A stretch of 64,000 nucleotides of DNA, taken from the NCBI GenBank assembly GCA_002441425.1, contig DJWB01000001.1:224602-288601 (forward strand), read 5' to 3'. The notes under the pieces are model-generated. The model worked only from the letters and a program-made list of their open reading frames with translations, was not told the origin of the DNA and did no database searches. The first letter of the stretch is position 1, and each line of letters starts with the position of its first letter. The DNA comes from Patescibacteria group bacterium UBA6241. Lineage in GTDB: Bacteria > Patescibacteriota > Minisyncoccia > Phycocordibacterales > Phycocordibacteraceae. A program made the position numbers and the translations under genes. This document shows, one piece after another, positions 55,134 through 63,071 of this stretch.

Positions 55134-56160
55134 GCATAAATGCGTCCGCCCACGGACGAGGATCTTCTGTAACTACACCAGTACCGCGCACCACAGCAGT
55201 AAGTGGGTCGCTTGCTACATGTACAGGCACGCCGAGCATTTTAGCTAAAAGCTCTGGAAGACCACGCACCAGCGCACCTCCTCCAAATACGGTTACACCC
55301 CGTTCAAGTACATCTGAGAGAAGTTCAGGAGGAGTGTGTTCAATAACATCCTTCATAGCTTCCATAAGAGAATCCATTGAAGGCGCGAGTGCCTCTCTCA
55401 CATGCGCATCGGTAAGCACAATCTCTCTTGGGAGTCCTGTTGCAAGATCGCGGCCACGAATTGCCTTTTCTAGTCCTGTCTCAAGCGGCAGTACCGCACC
55501 AATAGCAATCTTTGTGTCTTCAGCGGTCTTCTCGCCAATAGCAAGCTGGAACTCGCTTCGTACGTAGTCAATGATGTTGTCATTGAACCGATCTCCTGCA
55601 ACCTGCGAACTCTTTGACGCAACCGTGCCTCCGAGCGCAATAACTGCAATGTCTGTTGTACCAGCTCCGATATCAAGAACCATGGTTCCCAATGCTTCCA
55701 TAACGGGAAGTTTTGCACCAATAGCACCTGCCATAGGTTCCTCAAGGATAAATACTTCGCGTGCACCTGCCGTGAGTGCAGCATCACGTACCGCACGACT
55801 CTCCACGTTTGTAACTCCGGTTGGAACTCCCACCACTACACGTGGCCCAAACAGACGAGAACGTCCTCCCTGCGCTTTATTAATGAAATACGCAAGTAAC
55901 TCTTCTGTTACTTCAAAATCAGAGATAACTCCATGCGAGAGAGGACGCACTGCACGAATGTGCGGAGGGGTCTTGCCAAGCATTTGCTTTGCGCTTTGCC
56001 CAACTGCCACCATCTGTCCTGTCTTTTCGTTAACGGTAACAACAGAAGGCTCTGCGATAACAATCCCGCGGCCACGAACATAGACAAGCGTATTGCCGGT
56101 ACCTAAATCAATACCAATGTCAGTTGAGAACAAAGAGTTCTTTGAAAATCGGTTAGCCAT
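55105..56160 (-). CDS. mreB: Actin-like rod shape-determining protein MreB
   Basis: Motifs DLGTGNTLVYV and EPMAGAIGA. Confidence 0.9.
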   Translation of the reverse strand: MANRFSKNSLFSTDIGIDLGTGNTLVYVRGRGIVIAEPSVVTVNEKTGQMVAVGQSAKQMLGKTPPHIRAVRPLSHGVISDFEVTEELLAYFINKAQGGRSRLFGPRVVVGVPTGVTNVESRAVRDAALTAGAREVFILEEPMAGAIGAKLPVMEALGTMVLDIGAGTTDIAVIALGGTVASKSSQVAGDRFNDNIIDYVRSEFQLAIGEKTAEDTKIAIGAVLPLETGLEKAIRGRDLATGLPREIVLTDAHVREALAPSMDSLMEAMKDVIEHTPPELLSDVLERGVTVFGGGALVRGLPELLAKMLGVPVHVASDPLTAVVRGTGVVTEDPRPWADAFMHEDAILPKT

Positions 56161-56162
56161 AC

Positions 56163-57407
56163 TTATCGTTGAAGCAACTCAGCGCGGCCCACGCGAGTAA
56201 CCTCGCCTGTCTTCCTATGAACAAGCTCAACCTGTCCTGTCGCGAGTGCTTCTTTCCCAATAACAATTCTCCACGGAATACCAATGAGGTCTGCATCTGC
56301 AAACTTCTCTCCGGCACGGGCATCCCGGTCGTCATACAGCACGGACTTTCCAGCATCAGTAAGTTCCTCATATAACCCTTCTGCAAAGGCAGCAATCTCT
56401 GCGTCATTTCCTGCGAGAGAAACGAGGTGGTACGCAAAAGGAGAAACAGACTCAGGCCACACGATTCCCTTTTCGTCCGCAAAAGCTTCAACAATCGTTC
56501 CCATGAGACGAGTGATGCCAATGCCGTATGAACCCAAAATAACGGGCTTCTCGTTGCCCTCTTCGTCTCTATACGTGAGTCCTAATTGCTGAGACTTCAC
56601 ATCTCCGAAACTAAAGATATTTCCAACTTCAACTGCTTTCTCTTCAACAAGATCTTCTCGTTTAATATCAAGCTGTGCGAGTACTTCTGGAGTAAGTACT
56701 TCCTTGTTAACAGCAAGTCGCTTTTCTTTGTGTACATAAATAATATCCTCCCCAGCATCACAGAGAGTCTGGAACTCGTGACTAAATTGTGTGAACGCGC
56801 CTCCTGACGCAAAGGTGAGATAGGTGCGCTCTCCAAGTCCTACACGCATAAATACGTTGTGGTATGCCTGAATGGCTGCGTTATAAAATTTAAGGTGCGC
56901 TTCCTCGTCACGTGTGTAGGAATACATATCCTTCATAACAAATTCCCTTCCACGCATAATTCCTGACTTTGCGCGAAGCTCATTTCGCAGCTTTGTCTGG
57001 AACTGGTACACGAATGCAGGAAGATCTCGGTAGCTCTCAAGGTACTCAGTCATGAGTTCAGTAATAGGCTCTTCGTGGGACCATCCGAATCCAACCTCAG
57101 ATCCATTCTTAAGTTCAGACTTAAACCAGACGTCTACGTTCTTATCATCCCAACGATCAGTCTTCTCCCAGAGCTCCTTGCTCTGCAGACTTGTCATGAG
57201 TAGTTCGTGAGCACCTACTGCCTCCATCTCCTCACGCACAATTTCTTTGATACGCTCAACAACTTTGAGTCCGAGAGGGAGATACGCGTACACCCCTGCC
57301 ATTTCTTTGTGTACATATCCTGCACGAATAAGAAGCTGTGCATTCTTGGCAAGCTCGTCCTTTGGGGCTTCCCGACGAGTCTTTGTGAAGAGGCTGGACT
57401 GGCGCAT
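56163..57407 (-). CDS. proS: Prolyl-tRNA synthetase, short form lacking the INS editing domain
   Basis: Motif 2 RGREFVMKDMYSY and class IIa layout. Length is 414 aa, versus about 570 aa for INS-containing forms. Confidence 0.85.
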   Translation of the reverse strand: MRQSSLFTKTRREAPKDELAKNAQLLIRAGYVHKEMAGVYAYLPLGLKVVERIKEIVREEMEAVGAHELLMTSLQSKELWEKTDRWDDKNVDVWFKSELKNGSEVGFGWSHEEPITELMTEYLESYRDLPAFVYQFQTKLRNELRAKSGIMRGREFVMKDMYSYTRDEEAHLKFYNAAIQAYHNVFMRVGLGERTYLTFASGGAFTQFSHEFQTLCDAGEDIIYVHKEKRLAVNKEVLTPEVLAQLDIKREDLVEEKAVEVGNIFSFGDVKSQQLGLTYRDEEGNEKPVILGSYGIGITRLMGTIVEAFADEKGIVWPESVSPFAYHLVSLAGNDAEIAAFAEGLYEELTDAGKSVLYDDRDARAGEKFADADLIGIPWRIVIGKEALATGQVELVHRKTGEVTRVGRAELLQR

Positions 57408-57509
57408 GATGCTCCCAGTATACGACTCTCCGCACCTGAGGGCAAAACCATACTTTTGACTGAATATGCTGAGGGTGTAGTGTCTATATAGATCAGAGGG
57501 AGGAAGCTG

Positions 57510-58109
57510 ATGAGACTCTGTGTATCTGTTTCGGGACGCACCGGAACACAGAAGGCTGAGATCCTTTGTGAGCTACACCGGCTTGCTGAGGGCGCGCGAT
57601 TTGCGCGAGGAGACACCGATCGGGATTACCGGCCCGGCGATCTTCTGAACGTTCGCAACTATCTCACCCGGAATTCGTTTGACTGTATGCGTCGGAGTGA
57701 GTCGTTCTTGTGGACGATCCGTCATGACGGCGCAGACTACGGAATGTCGGAAGGCGCGCTTCAGTTTGCGCTTCGCGGGCGTGAGGACGAACCGATTCTA
57801 GCGCTTACGAGTGTGGTGCCGCGTATGGTTCCCGAGCTTCACAAGGCGGTTCACGAGATCACCGGCGATCCTGAATCCTATGTACCGTTTTATGTTCTCT
57901 CCACAGAAGAGGACCTGATGCGGCGCAGATGGACAACGGATGCGGGGTACCGAGACCGCCGGACTGCCGAACGGCTCTTTGAAGAAAAGGACTGGTTCAG
58001 AGAAGCGAGAAACAGCTCTGTTCCCTTCCGGTTCGTTCGCAACAACGTGAGCCCCGAACACACCGCGAGGCGCATTCTAACGCGCCTTGGCATTGAGCCG
58101 CTTTCCTAA
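57510..58109 (+). CDS. Hypothetical protein (199 aa) on GC-rich cassette, possible degenerate P-loop/kinase-like
   Basis: SD GAGGGAGGAAG precedes the ATG. N-terminal VSVSGRTGTQKAEI is loosely P-loop-like. GC3-rich codons. Confidence 0.4.
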   Translation: MRLCVSVSGRTGTQKAEILCELHRLAEGARFARGDTDRDYRPGDLLNVRNYLTRNSFDCMRRSESFLWTIRHDGADYGMSEGALQFALRGREDEPILALTSVVPRMVPELHKAVHEITGDPESYVPFYVLSTEEDLMRRRWTTDAGYRDRRTAERLFEEKDWFREARNSSVPFRFVRNNVSPEHTARRILTRLGIEPLS

Positions 58110-58122
58110 GGGAGGCGGCTTT

Positions 58123-58719
58123 TTATATAGACTGAATCTCTTGAATGAGTTCTGGAAACTCTTCTTGCAGAAAATGTCCCTTATCTGGAAAGGTTCGCAC
58201 TGCTGCATCTGGCAGTTTTTCTTTGTACTTCTCAAGCGCTGAGAACGGGACTATAGGATCGTCTGTGCTGTGATACACGAATATCTTTGACGTCTGCGCA
58301 GATACCTTTTCAAGAGAATCCGGGAGTACAAAGTCTGCAAGTGAATAGTCCGTATCACTGGTATCAAATGGCGCAGCAACAAGCCACAGTGCTGAGATAG
58401 ATACAGGAAGCGTGTGTTCGCTCAGATACTTTGCAAGAAAGATTCCTCCCAATGAATGCCCAACCAATCTCACCTCGTCTTTAAGGAATGGAACCACCTT
58501 TTCAAACCAAATACACCACTCCACATACTTGGCGTTGTATTTGGAAGGCATGGTAGGCGCAAAGACCAACCATTCATCTCCGAGTTCCTCAGCAAGAGAA
58601 TTCTTCCACCGTCCACCAAATTCTTTAAACGGATCGTATGTCCATTCCTTCAGTGCATCCAAGTATGCGTCGTATGTATCAAAGGTTTCTCCCCCGTGAA
58701 TGAATACGAGCTGCTTCAT
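58123..58719 (-). CDS. Alpha/beta hydrolase (YdeN/RBBP9-like serine hydrolase)
   Basis: Nucleophile elbow GHSLGG. Length about 198 aa. Confidence 0.7.
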   Translation of the reverse strand: MKQLVFIHGGETFDTYDAYLDALKEWTYDPFKEFGGRWKNSLAEELGDEWLVFAPTMPSKYNAKYVEWCIWFEKVVPFLKDEVRLVGHSLGGIFLAKYLSEHTLPVSISALWLVAAPFDTSDTDYSLADFVLPDSLEKVSAQTSKIFVYHSTDDPIVPFSALEKYKEKLPDAAVRTFPDKGHFLQEEFPELIQEIQSI

Positions 58720-58721
58720 AG

Positions 58722-59813
58722 CTAACTAACGATTCTAAATATATCGTTTGCGGTTACTACAAGCATAAGAAGAATAAGGAGCGCAAACCCAACAGTATTG
58801 AATGAGTTTGCAACAATAGGATGGATTGGGCGCCTGGTTATAGCTTCAATGATCACAAAGAGGAGTCTTCCTCCATCAAGCGCCGGCACAGGGAGCAGGT
58901 TAATAAGTGCCAAGTTAATAGATATGAGTGCAGTTATGGAGAGCAAAGATGCGAGTCCGTTAGACGACGCACTTCCAACTGCTCCTGCAATACCAACGGG
59001 TCCTGAGACCTGAGACAAATCTGCACTAAAGGTAAAGAGTGCCGCAAAGAAATGGAACAGTGCTACTGCTGTCTGCTTGGTAAGCTCCCACGTGAGAATT
59101 GCCCCTTGAATAGGTGCTTCCCAAAGCGGGACAGACACGGTGCCAATTGTTGCGAGTCCTACCCCGAGCGCTTTGCGTTCAGGGTCTGATGCAATAACTC
59201 CTGACTCAGCAGTTATAAAAATCTCCTGCGCCTCTTCCCCACGCTCAACAGAAAGCGTAATAGGACCGCTCTGCTCTGTAATTAGTGTAGTGAACGTCTC
59301 AGGATCTGCACCTTCGTATAGAGTGTCGTTGCTTTCAGCTGAAAGAATTATATCCCCCTGAACAAGTCCTGCGCGGGCAGCTGGAGAATCCGGAAGCACG
59401 CTTGCAACTGCAAGTTCTGCATCTGGGGCAGACTTCGCTTCCTCTGGAGAAAGTGCGCGCACCGTACCCATGGTGAGTGTTGCACTGATAAGAAGGTAGG
59501 CAAACAAAAGGTTCATTCCAATACCAGCAACAAGCACCGCAGCTTGCAGAATGCGTGGACGCGAAGAGAATGCGCGCGGATCTTTCGCTGCTCCTGGCTC
59601 TGGGTCTTCTCCGAATATCTTTACGAACCCTCCAAATGGAAGCCAGTTAAGTGTGTACTCGGTCTCCCCTATTTTCTTTCCGAATGCTTTAGGCGGATAC
59701 CCTATACCAAACTCATCCACACGCATCTTTGAAAGTTTAGCCACTACAAAGTGCCCAAACTCATGAACAACGATGAGCGCAACGAGCACGAGGATAAAAA
59801 TAACAATAGTCAT
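58722..59813 (-). CDS. rseP: Site-2 protease RseP (M50, PDZ)
   Basis: HEFGH motif, PDZ, and a C-terminal LDGG motif. Confidence 0.85.
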   Translation of the reverse strand: MTIVIFILVLVALIVVHEFGHFVVAKLSKMRVDEFGIGYPPKAFGKKIGETEYTLNWLPFGGFVKIFGEDPEPGAAKDPRAFSSRPRILQAAVLVAGIGMNLLFAYLLISATLTMGTVRALSPEEAKSAPDAELAVASVLPDSPAARAGLVQGDIILSAESNDTLYEGADPETFTTLITEQSGPITLSVERGEEAQEIFITAESGVIASDPERKALGVGLATIGTVSVPLWEAPIQGAILTWELTKQTAVALFHFFAALFTFSADLSQVSGPVGIAGAVGSASSNGLASLLSITALISINLALINLLPVPALDGGRLLFVIIEAITRRPIHPIVANSFNTVGFALLILLMLVVTANDIFRIVS

Positions 59814-60367
59814 TATTGAGAGACTTCAGTTTCCTTTCGTTTTCCGAGTGCATCTAGTGCCTCATTCGCCTTATCAATCTTCTTCTGCACTTCCTCCTTG
59901 AAGCGTGTTACTTCATCCTTGCCCATACCTCCTTCCTTTTCAGCTGCATCAATAGCTTTGAGTGCATCTGTACGGTGTCCGCGAAGCGTAATACGTGCCT
60001 GCTCCACTTTCTCTCCTGCAACCTTGAGGAGCATGGTGCGGCGCTCGCTCGTGAGTTCTGGGAACGTTACGCGTAGTCCCTGGTCATCTGTAGCGAGACC
60101 AACTCCGAGGTCTGCATCGGAAATTGCCTTTTCAATACTCTTCGTGAGTGATTTGTCCCAAGGAATGATGCGTAGAGAACGAGCGTCCTCAATAGTTACA
60201 GACGCAACCTGGTGTACTGCTTGGCGAGAGCCATATACTTCAGGCTTCACCGTGTCCAAAATAGAAGGGGTAGCGCGCCCAGTACGGACACTAGAAAGCT
60301 CACGCACGAGCCACTCCTCAGTCTCCTTAATGCTTGAATCAAGCGGGGAAAAATCAAATGATGCCAT
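59813..60367 (-). CDS. frr: Ribosome recycling factor
   Basis: Co-linear with Frr; length 184 aa. Confidence 0.9.
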   Translation of the reverse strand: MASFDFSPLDSSIKETEEWLVRELSSVRTGRATPSILDTVKPEVYGSRQAVHQVASVTIEDARSLRIIPWDKSLTKSIEKAISDADLGVGLATDDQGLRVTFPELTSERRTMLLKVAGEKVEQARITLRGHRTDALKAIDAAEKEGGMGKDEVTRFKEEVQKKIDKANEALDALGKRKETEVSQ

Positions 60368-60382
60368 ATGGTCCTTAGTGTA

Positions 60383-61066
60383 TCACTTCCCCAGTTTCTC
60401 CGGCAAAACTAATAGAAGATGCTCAAAGATTAATTTCAGAGGTGCTGAGCGCTCATGAAGGATGGGGAGGAATTTTGTGAGTTCCTCAAGGAGCAGATCC
60501 AAATCTGGAGTACTCGTTTTCTCGCGTGCTGCATACGCGGCACGTGTAATTCCCTCAACGAGTGCGAGCGCTTCAAGTCTCGCTGCCTGCTTCTCCTCAT
60601 CTTTGTCAGACTTTGTTTTCGTTATGAGTTTTGCTACAAGCTTTTCACGCTCTTCTTTCGTAGCAGAAAGAAACTCATCTGCAGCTGTTCTTTCTTGATC
60701 AGGGCTTGCGCCCAGAGACATAAGTCTTGAACGCAACGTTGGCAGTACGATTCCTTCAGCAGGAACAACTAATATAAGTGTGGTCCCCTCTGCGGGTTCT
60801 TCAAAGAGTTTCAGGAGTGCGTTCTGTGCCTCATGAAAGAGTCTTCCTGCGGAAATGATGATGACCTTCTTGTCTCCTTGTACGGGTGCTTGAGCGGCAA
60901 AGACCGTAATGCGACGCGCATCATCAACAGAGAGGTGCCCGTACTCAAATAGCGTTACATCAGGGTTCCCTTTGGACGAGAGCCCGAGCTCCTGTTCGCT
61001 GAACGTGAGTGCAGCTTGTATTCCCTCCTCTTTAGGGCCTGCATACACATACGCATGGTGGGTCAT
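60383..61066 (-). CDS. holB: DNA polymerase III delta' subunit (short)
   Basis: Motifs NALLKLFEEP and LPTLRSR. Confidence 0.7.
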   Translation of the reverse strand: MTHHAYVYAGPKEEGIQAALTFSEQELGLSSKGNPDVTLFEYGHLSVDDARRITVFAAQAPVQGDKKVIIISAGRLFHEAQNALLKLFEEPAEGTTLILVVPAEGIVLPTLRSRLMSLGASPDQERTAADEFLSATKEEREKLVAKLITKTKSDKDEEKQAARLEALALVEGITRAAYAAREKTSTPDLDLLLEELTKFLPILHERSAPLKLIFEHLLLVLPEKLGK

Positions 61067-61123
61067 TTCCTTAGGATACCCTGGTGCTAGACTATCTGTA
61101 TAGGAGGTAACGGACTCAAATCT

Positions 61124-61588
61124 ATGAACACGAAAGTAGTAACAGGAATAGTAGTCGTGCTCGCACTTTTAGTTGTGGGCTGGTGGTATTGGGCGGTGAT
61201 GGCCCCTGCAGCACTTGCGCCAACTGAAAACAATCCGGAGGAGAGCGTGAATGGTGTCGCTATCTCAGAGGAGAATGCAAGCACTATGATTGTAGGAACC
61301 TGGAGAAGCACTGAGGACGCAAACTTTGTGCGGAGTTTCAGCAGTGACGGAACTGTAACTGATAGCTACGAAGGAATTGCAGACGCTACTGTGACAGGAC
61401 AGTGGAGCTTTGTTACAGATCTCAGCCAGGAACCTGCTAGTCTACCTGTCGTTAAAGATGCGCGAGTACTGAAGATTGAGTTTCCTGAGGAAGCACTTTA
61501 CTTTGCTATAACCGGTCTTTCTGAGACTGATCTCAGCATGATATATCTTTCTGGAAACGGTGTTCTGCAGTTTACACGAGTTAACTAA
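61124..61588 (+). CDS. N-terminally anchored hypothetical protein (154 aa)
   Basis: TM segment followed by a soluble domain. Terminator hairpin at about 61600-61635. Confidence 0.4.
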   Translation: MNTKVVTGIVVVLALLVVGWWYWAVMAPAALAPTENNPEESVNGVAISEENASTMIVGTWRSTEDANFVRSFSSDGTVTDSYEGIADATVTGQWSFVTDLSQEPASLPVVKDARVLKIEFPEEALYFAITGLSETDLSMIYLSGNGVLQFTRVN

Positions 61589-61637
61589 AGAGACAGCTTG
61601 AATACTAAAGGCCCGCTATATGCGGGCCTTTAGTATT

Positions 61638-61666
61638 TTGACACTAGTACCTATGTTAGGTATAAT
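61638..61666 (+). promoter_or_regulatory. Perfect sigma70 consensus promoter TTGACA-17 nt-TATAAT
   Basis: TTGACA at 61638-61643 and TATAAT at 61661-61666, read directly. SD GGGGAG and ATG 61702 follow. Confidence 0.6.
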
Positions 61667-61701
61667 ATAGGTATCGTCCGCGCCTTCAGGGGAGAATTCC
61701 A

Positions 61702-62133
61702 ATGCGCACCAGTGTCCTTTCCATTCTTGTTTTCGGTTCCGTCATCGGCGTCGCGGGCATCGCCTGCGCCCAGGATCGTGCGCCGGCCAACATCCAGTTC
61801 GTGCACGAGCCGACCGGCCAGGAGTTTTCTCCGCCGCCGGTTCGGTTCGTCCGGACCAACCTGGCCGAGCAACGCATCGCCGAACGGCAGCGGGCCATGG
61901 ACAACGTGACCTGCGCCTACGAGCACGGCGTCGCCGGCTGCGAACAGCAGCCGTTCGCGAGCGACGAGCGCATTCTGCTCGCCGAGCGTCTGTGCGCGGA
62001 ACGCGTGCATCAGGTCTATTCCTATCGCAGCCAGATCTATCTGACCTGTCTGCGCGAGGAACTGGTTCCCCAGGGCTTCACCGTCCTGGAACCCAGCCAG
62101 GTCGCCGCTTACTACAACGTCGCGACCAACTGA
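61702..62133 (+). CDS. Secreted Cys-containing hypothetical protein (143 aa) on GC-rich cassette
   Basis: Signal peptide MRTSVLSILVFGSVIGVAGIACA. Very GC-rich codons. Terminator at 62155-62186. Confidence 0.45.
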   Translation: MRTSVLSILVFGSVIGVAGIACAQDRAPANIQFVHEPTGQEFSPPPVRFVRTNLAEQRIAERQRAMDNVTCAYEHGVAGCEQQPFASDERILLAERLCAERVHQVYSYRSQIYLTCLREELVPQGFTVLEPSQVAAYYNVATN

Positions 62134-62214
62134 CCGAAACCCGAAAAACAATGAGAGGCCCCCGCAGCGATGTGTGGGGCCTTTTAATTTCTATACAGTG
62201 GAGGTTACTTATAC

Positions 62215-62243
62215 TTGACAAAATATTGTATATGGACTATAAT
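62215..62243 (+). promoter_or_regulatory. Second perfect TTGACA-17-TATAAT promoter
   Basis: TTGACA at 62215-62220 and TATAAT at 62238-62243. Confidence 0.6.
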
Positions 62244-62296
62244 AGTATCAGTAGTGCGGTATGTGAGCCGCTAACCCTCTCTTGTGGAGATCCGAG

Positions 62297-63004
62297 ATGC
62301 GTCCCATCGCACTTGCCCTTTCTGCTTCCATTACTGCCCTGATCGCCTTCCCCGCCCTCGCCGACTGCGACACCGTCGTCTACGGCAGCGTCCAGAGCGC
62401 CTATGTCTACCAGGACATCGGCGTGGTCGCGACCGACAGACCGGTTCTGCAAGCCGGCGTCAGCAAGGTCTGCGGCAAATTCACCTATGATCTGTGGACT
62501 TCAACGGAGCTGTCCACCGACGGCCCCTACGGAAACCGCAGCTACGGTGACGAGCTGGACCTGACGGTCAACTACGACACGGAAATCAGCGACACCCCGA
62601 TCGGCGTCGTTAAAGTCCAGGTTTCGGCAGCGTACTACATCGCCGCCGACTTCGGGAACGTGGACGACGACTTCGGCCAGGTCTATGTGGACTTCGGTCG
62701 GCCCATTCAATTCGGGAGCGCTACGGTCACTCCGTATGTGCGCCCGATGCAGTGGCTCGGCGTGGAGACCATCCAAGACACCACCCTGGTGCGTGCGGGC
62801 GTTCGCTTCAACATCCCACTGGATCAGAACTGGTCTGTCCGTGGAGATGCTTCGCGCACCTCCGACCTCACGCATGGGACGGGCGTCTTCCGCGGCGACG
62901 TGACGGCAACCCGAGATATGGGAAGCTGGAACCTCTCGCTCAGCGCGAAGTTCACCGAGGCCACGCAAACGGTCTTCGGGATCGGCGCAAGTCGCGTCTT
63001 CTGA
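62297..63004 (+). CDS. Secreted beta-rich hypothetical protein (about 235 aa) ending in ...RVF, on GC-rich cassette
   Basis: Signal peptide MRPIALALSASITALIAFPALA. Alternating hydrophobic pattern and a C-terminal Phe, as in outer-membrane beta-barrels. The tool ORF starts at GTG 62282. Terminator at 63034-63069. Confidence 0.45.
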   Translation: MRPIALALSASITALIAFPALADCDTVVYGSVQSAYVYQDIGVVATDRPVLQAGVSKVCGKFTYDLWTSTELSTDGPYGNRSYGDELDLTVNYDTEISDTPIGVVKVQVSAAYYIAADFGNVDDDFGQVYVDFGRPIQFGSATVTPYVRPMQWLGVETIQDTTLVRAGVRFNIPLDQNWSVRGDASRTSDLTHGTGVFRGDVTATRDMGSWNLSLSAKFTEATQTVFGIGASRVF

Positions 63005-63071
63005 ACCAACGACGAGGTGCAGTAATGAAAGAAAAGGACCCCTTCGCTTCCGAGCGTCGGGGCCTTTTTAA

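Noticed and set aside
61638-62243. Perfect consensus promoters as coincidence in AT-rich intergenic DNA
   Set aside because: Kept as a finding, because two exact TTGACA-17-TATAAT matches both sit at the correct distance upstream of an SD and ATG of foreign cassettes. Chance cannot be excluded without transcript data.
6262-63069. GC-rich cassettes as simple assembly chimeras
   Set aside because: Each island is flanked on both sides by contiguous, intact host genes, with its own SD and terminator in the expected positions. A mis-join would not produce nine clean single-gene insertions. Read-level verification is still needed.
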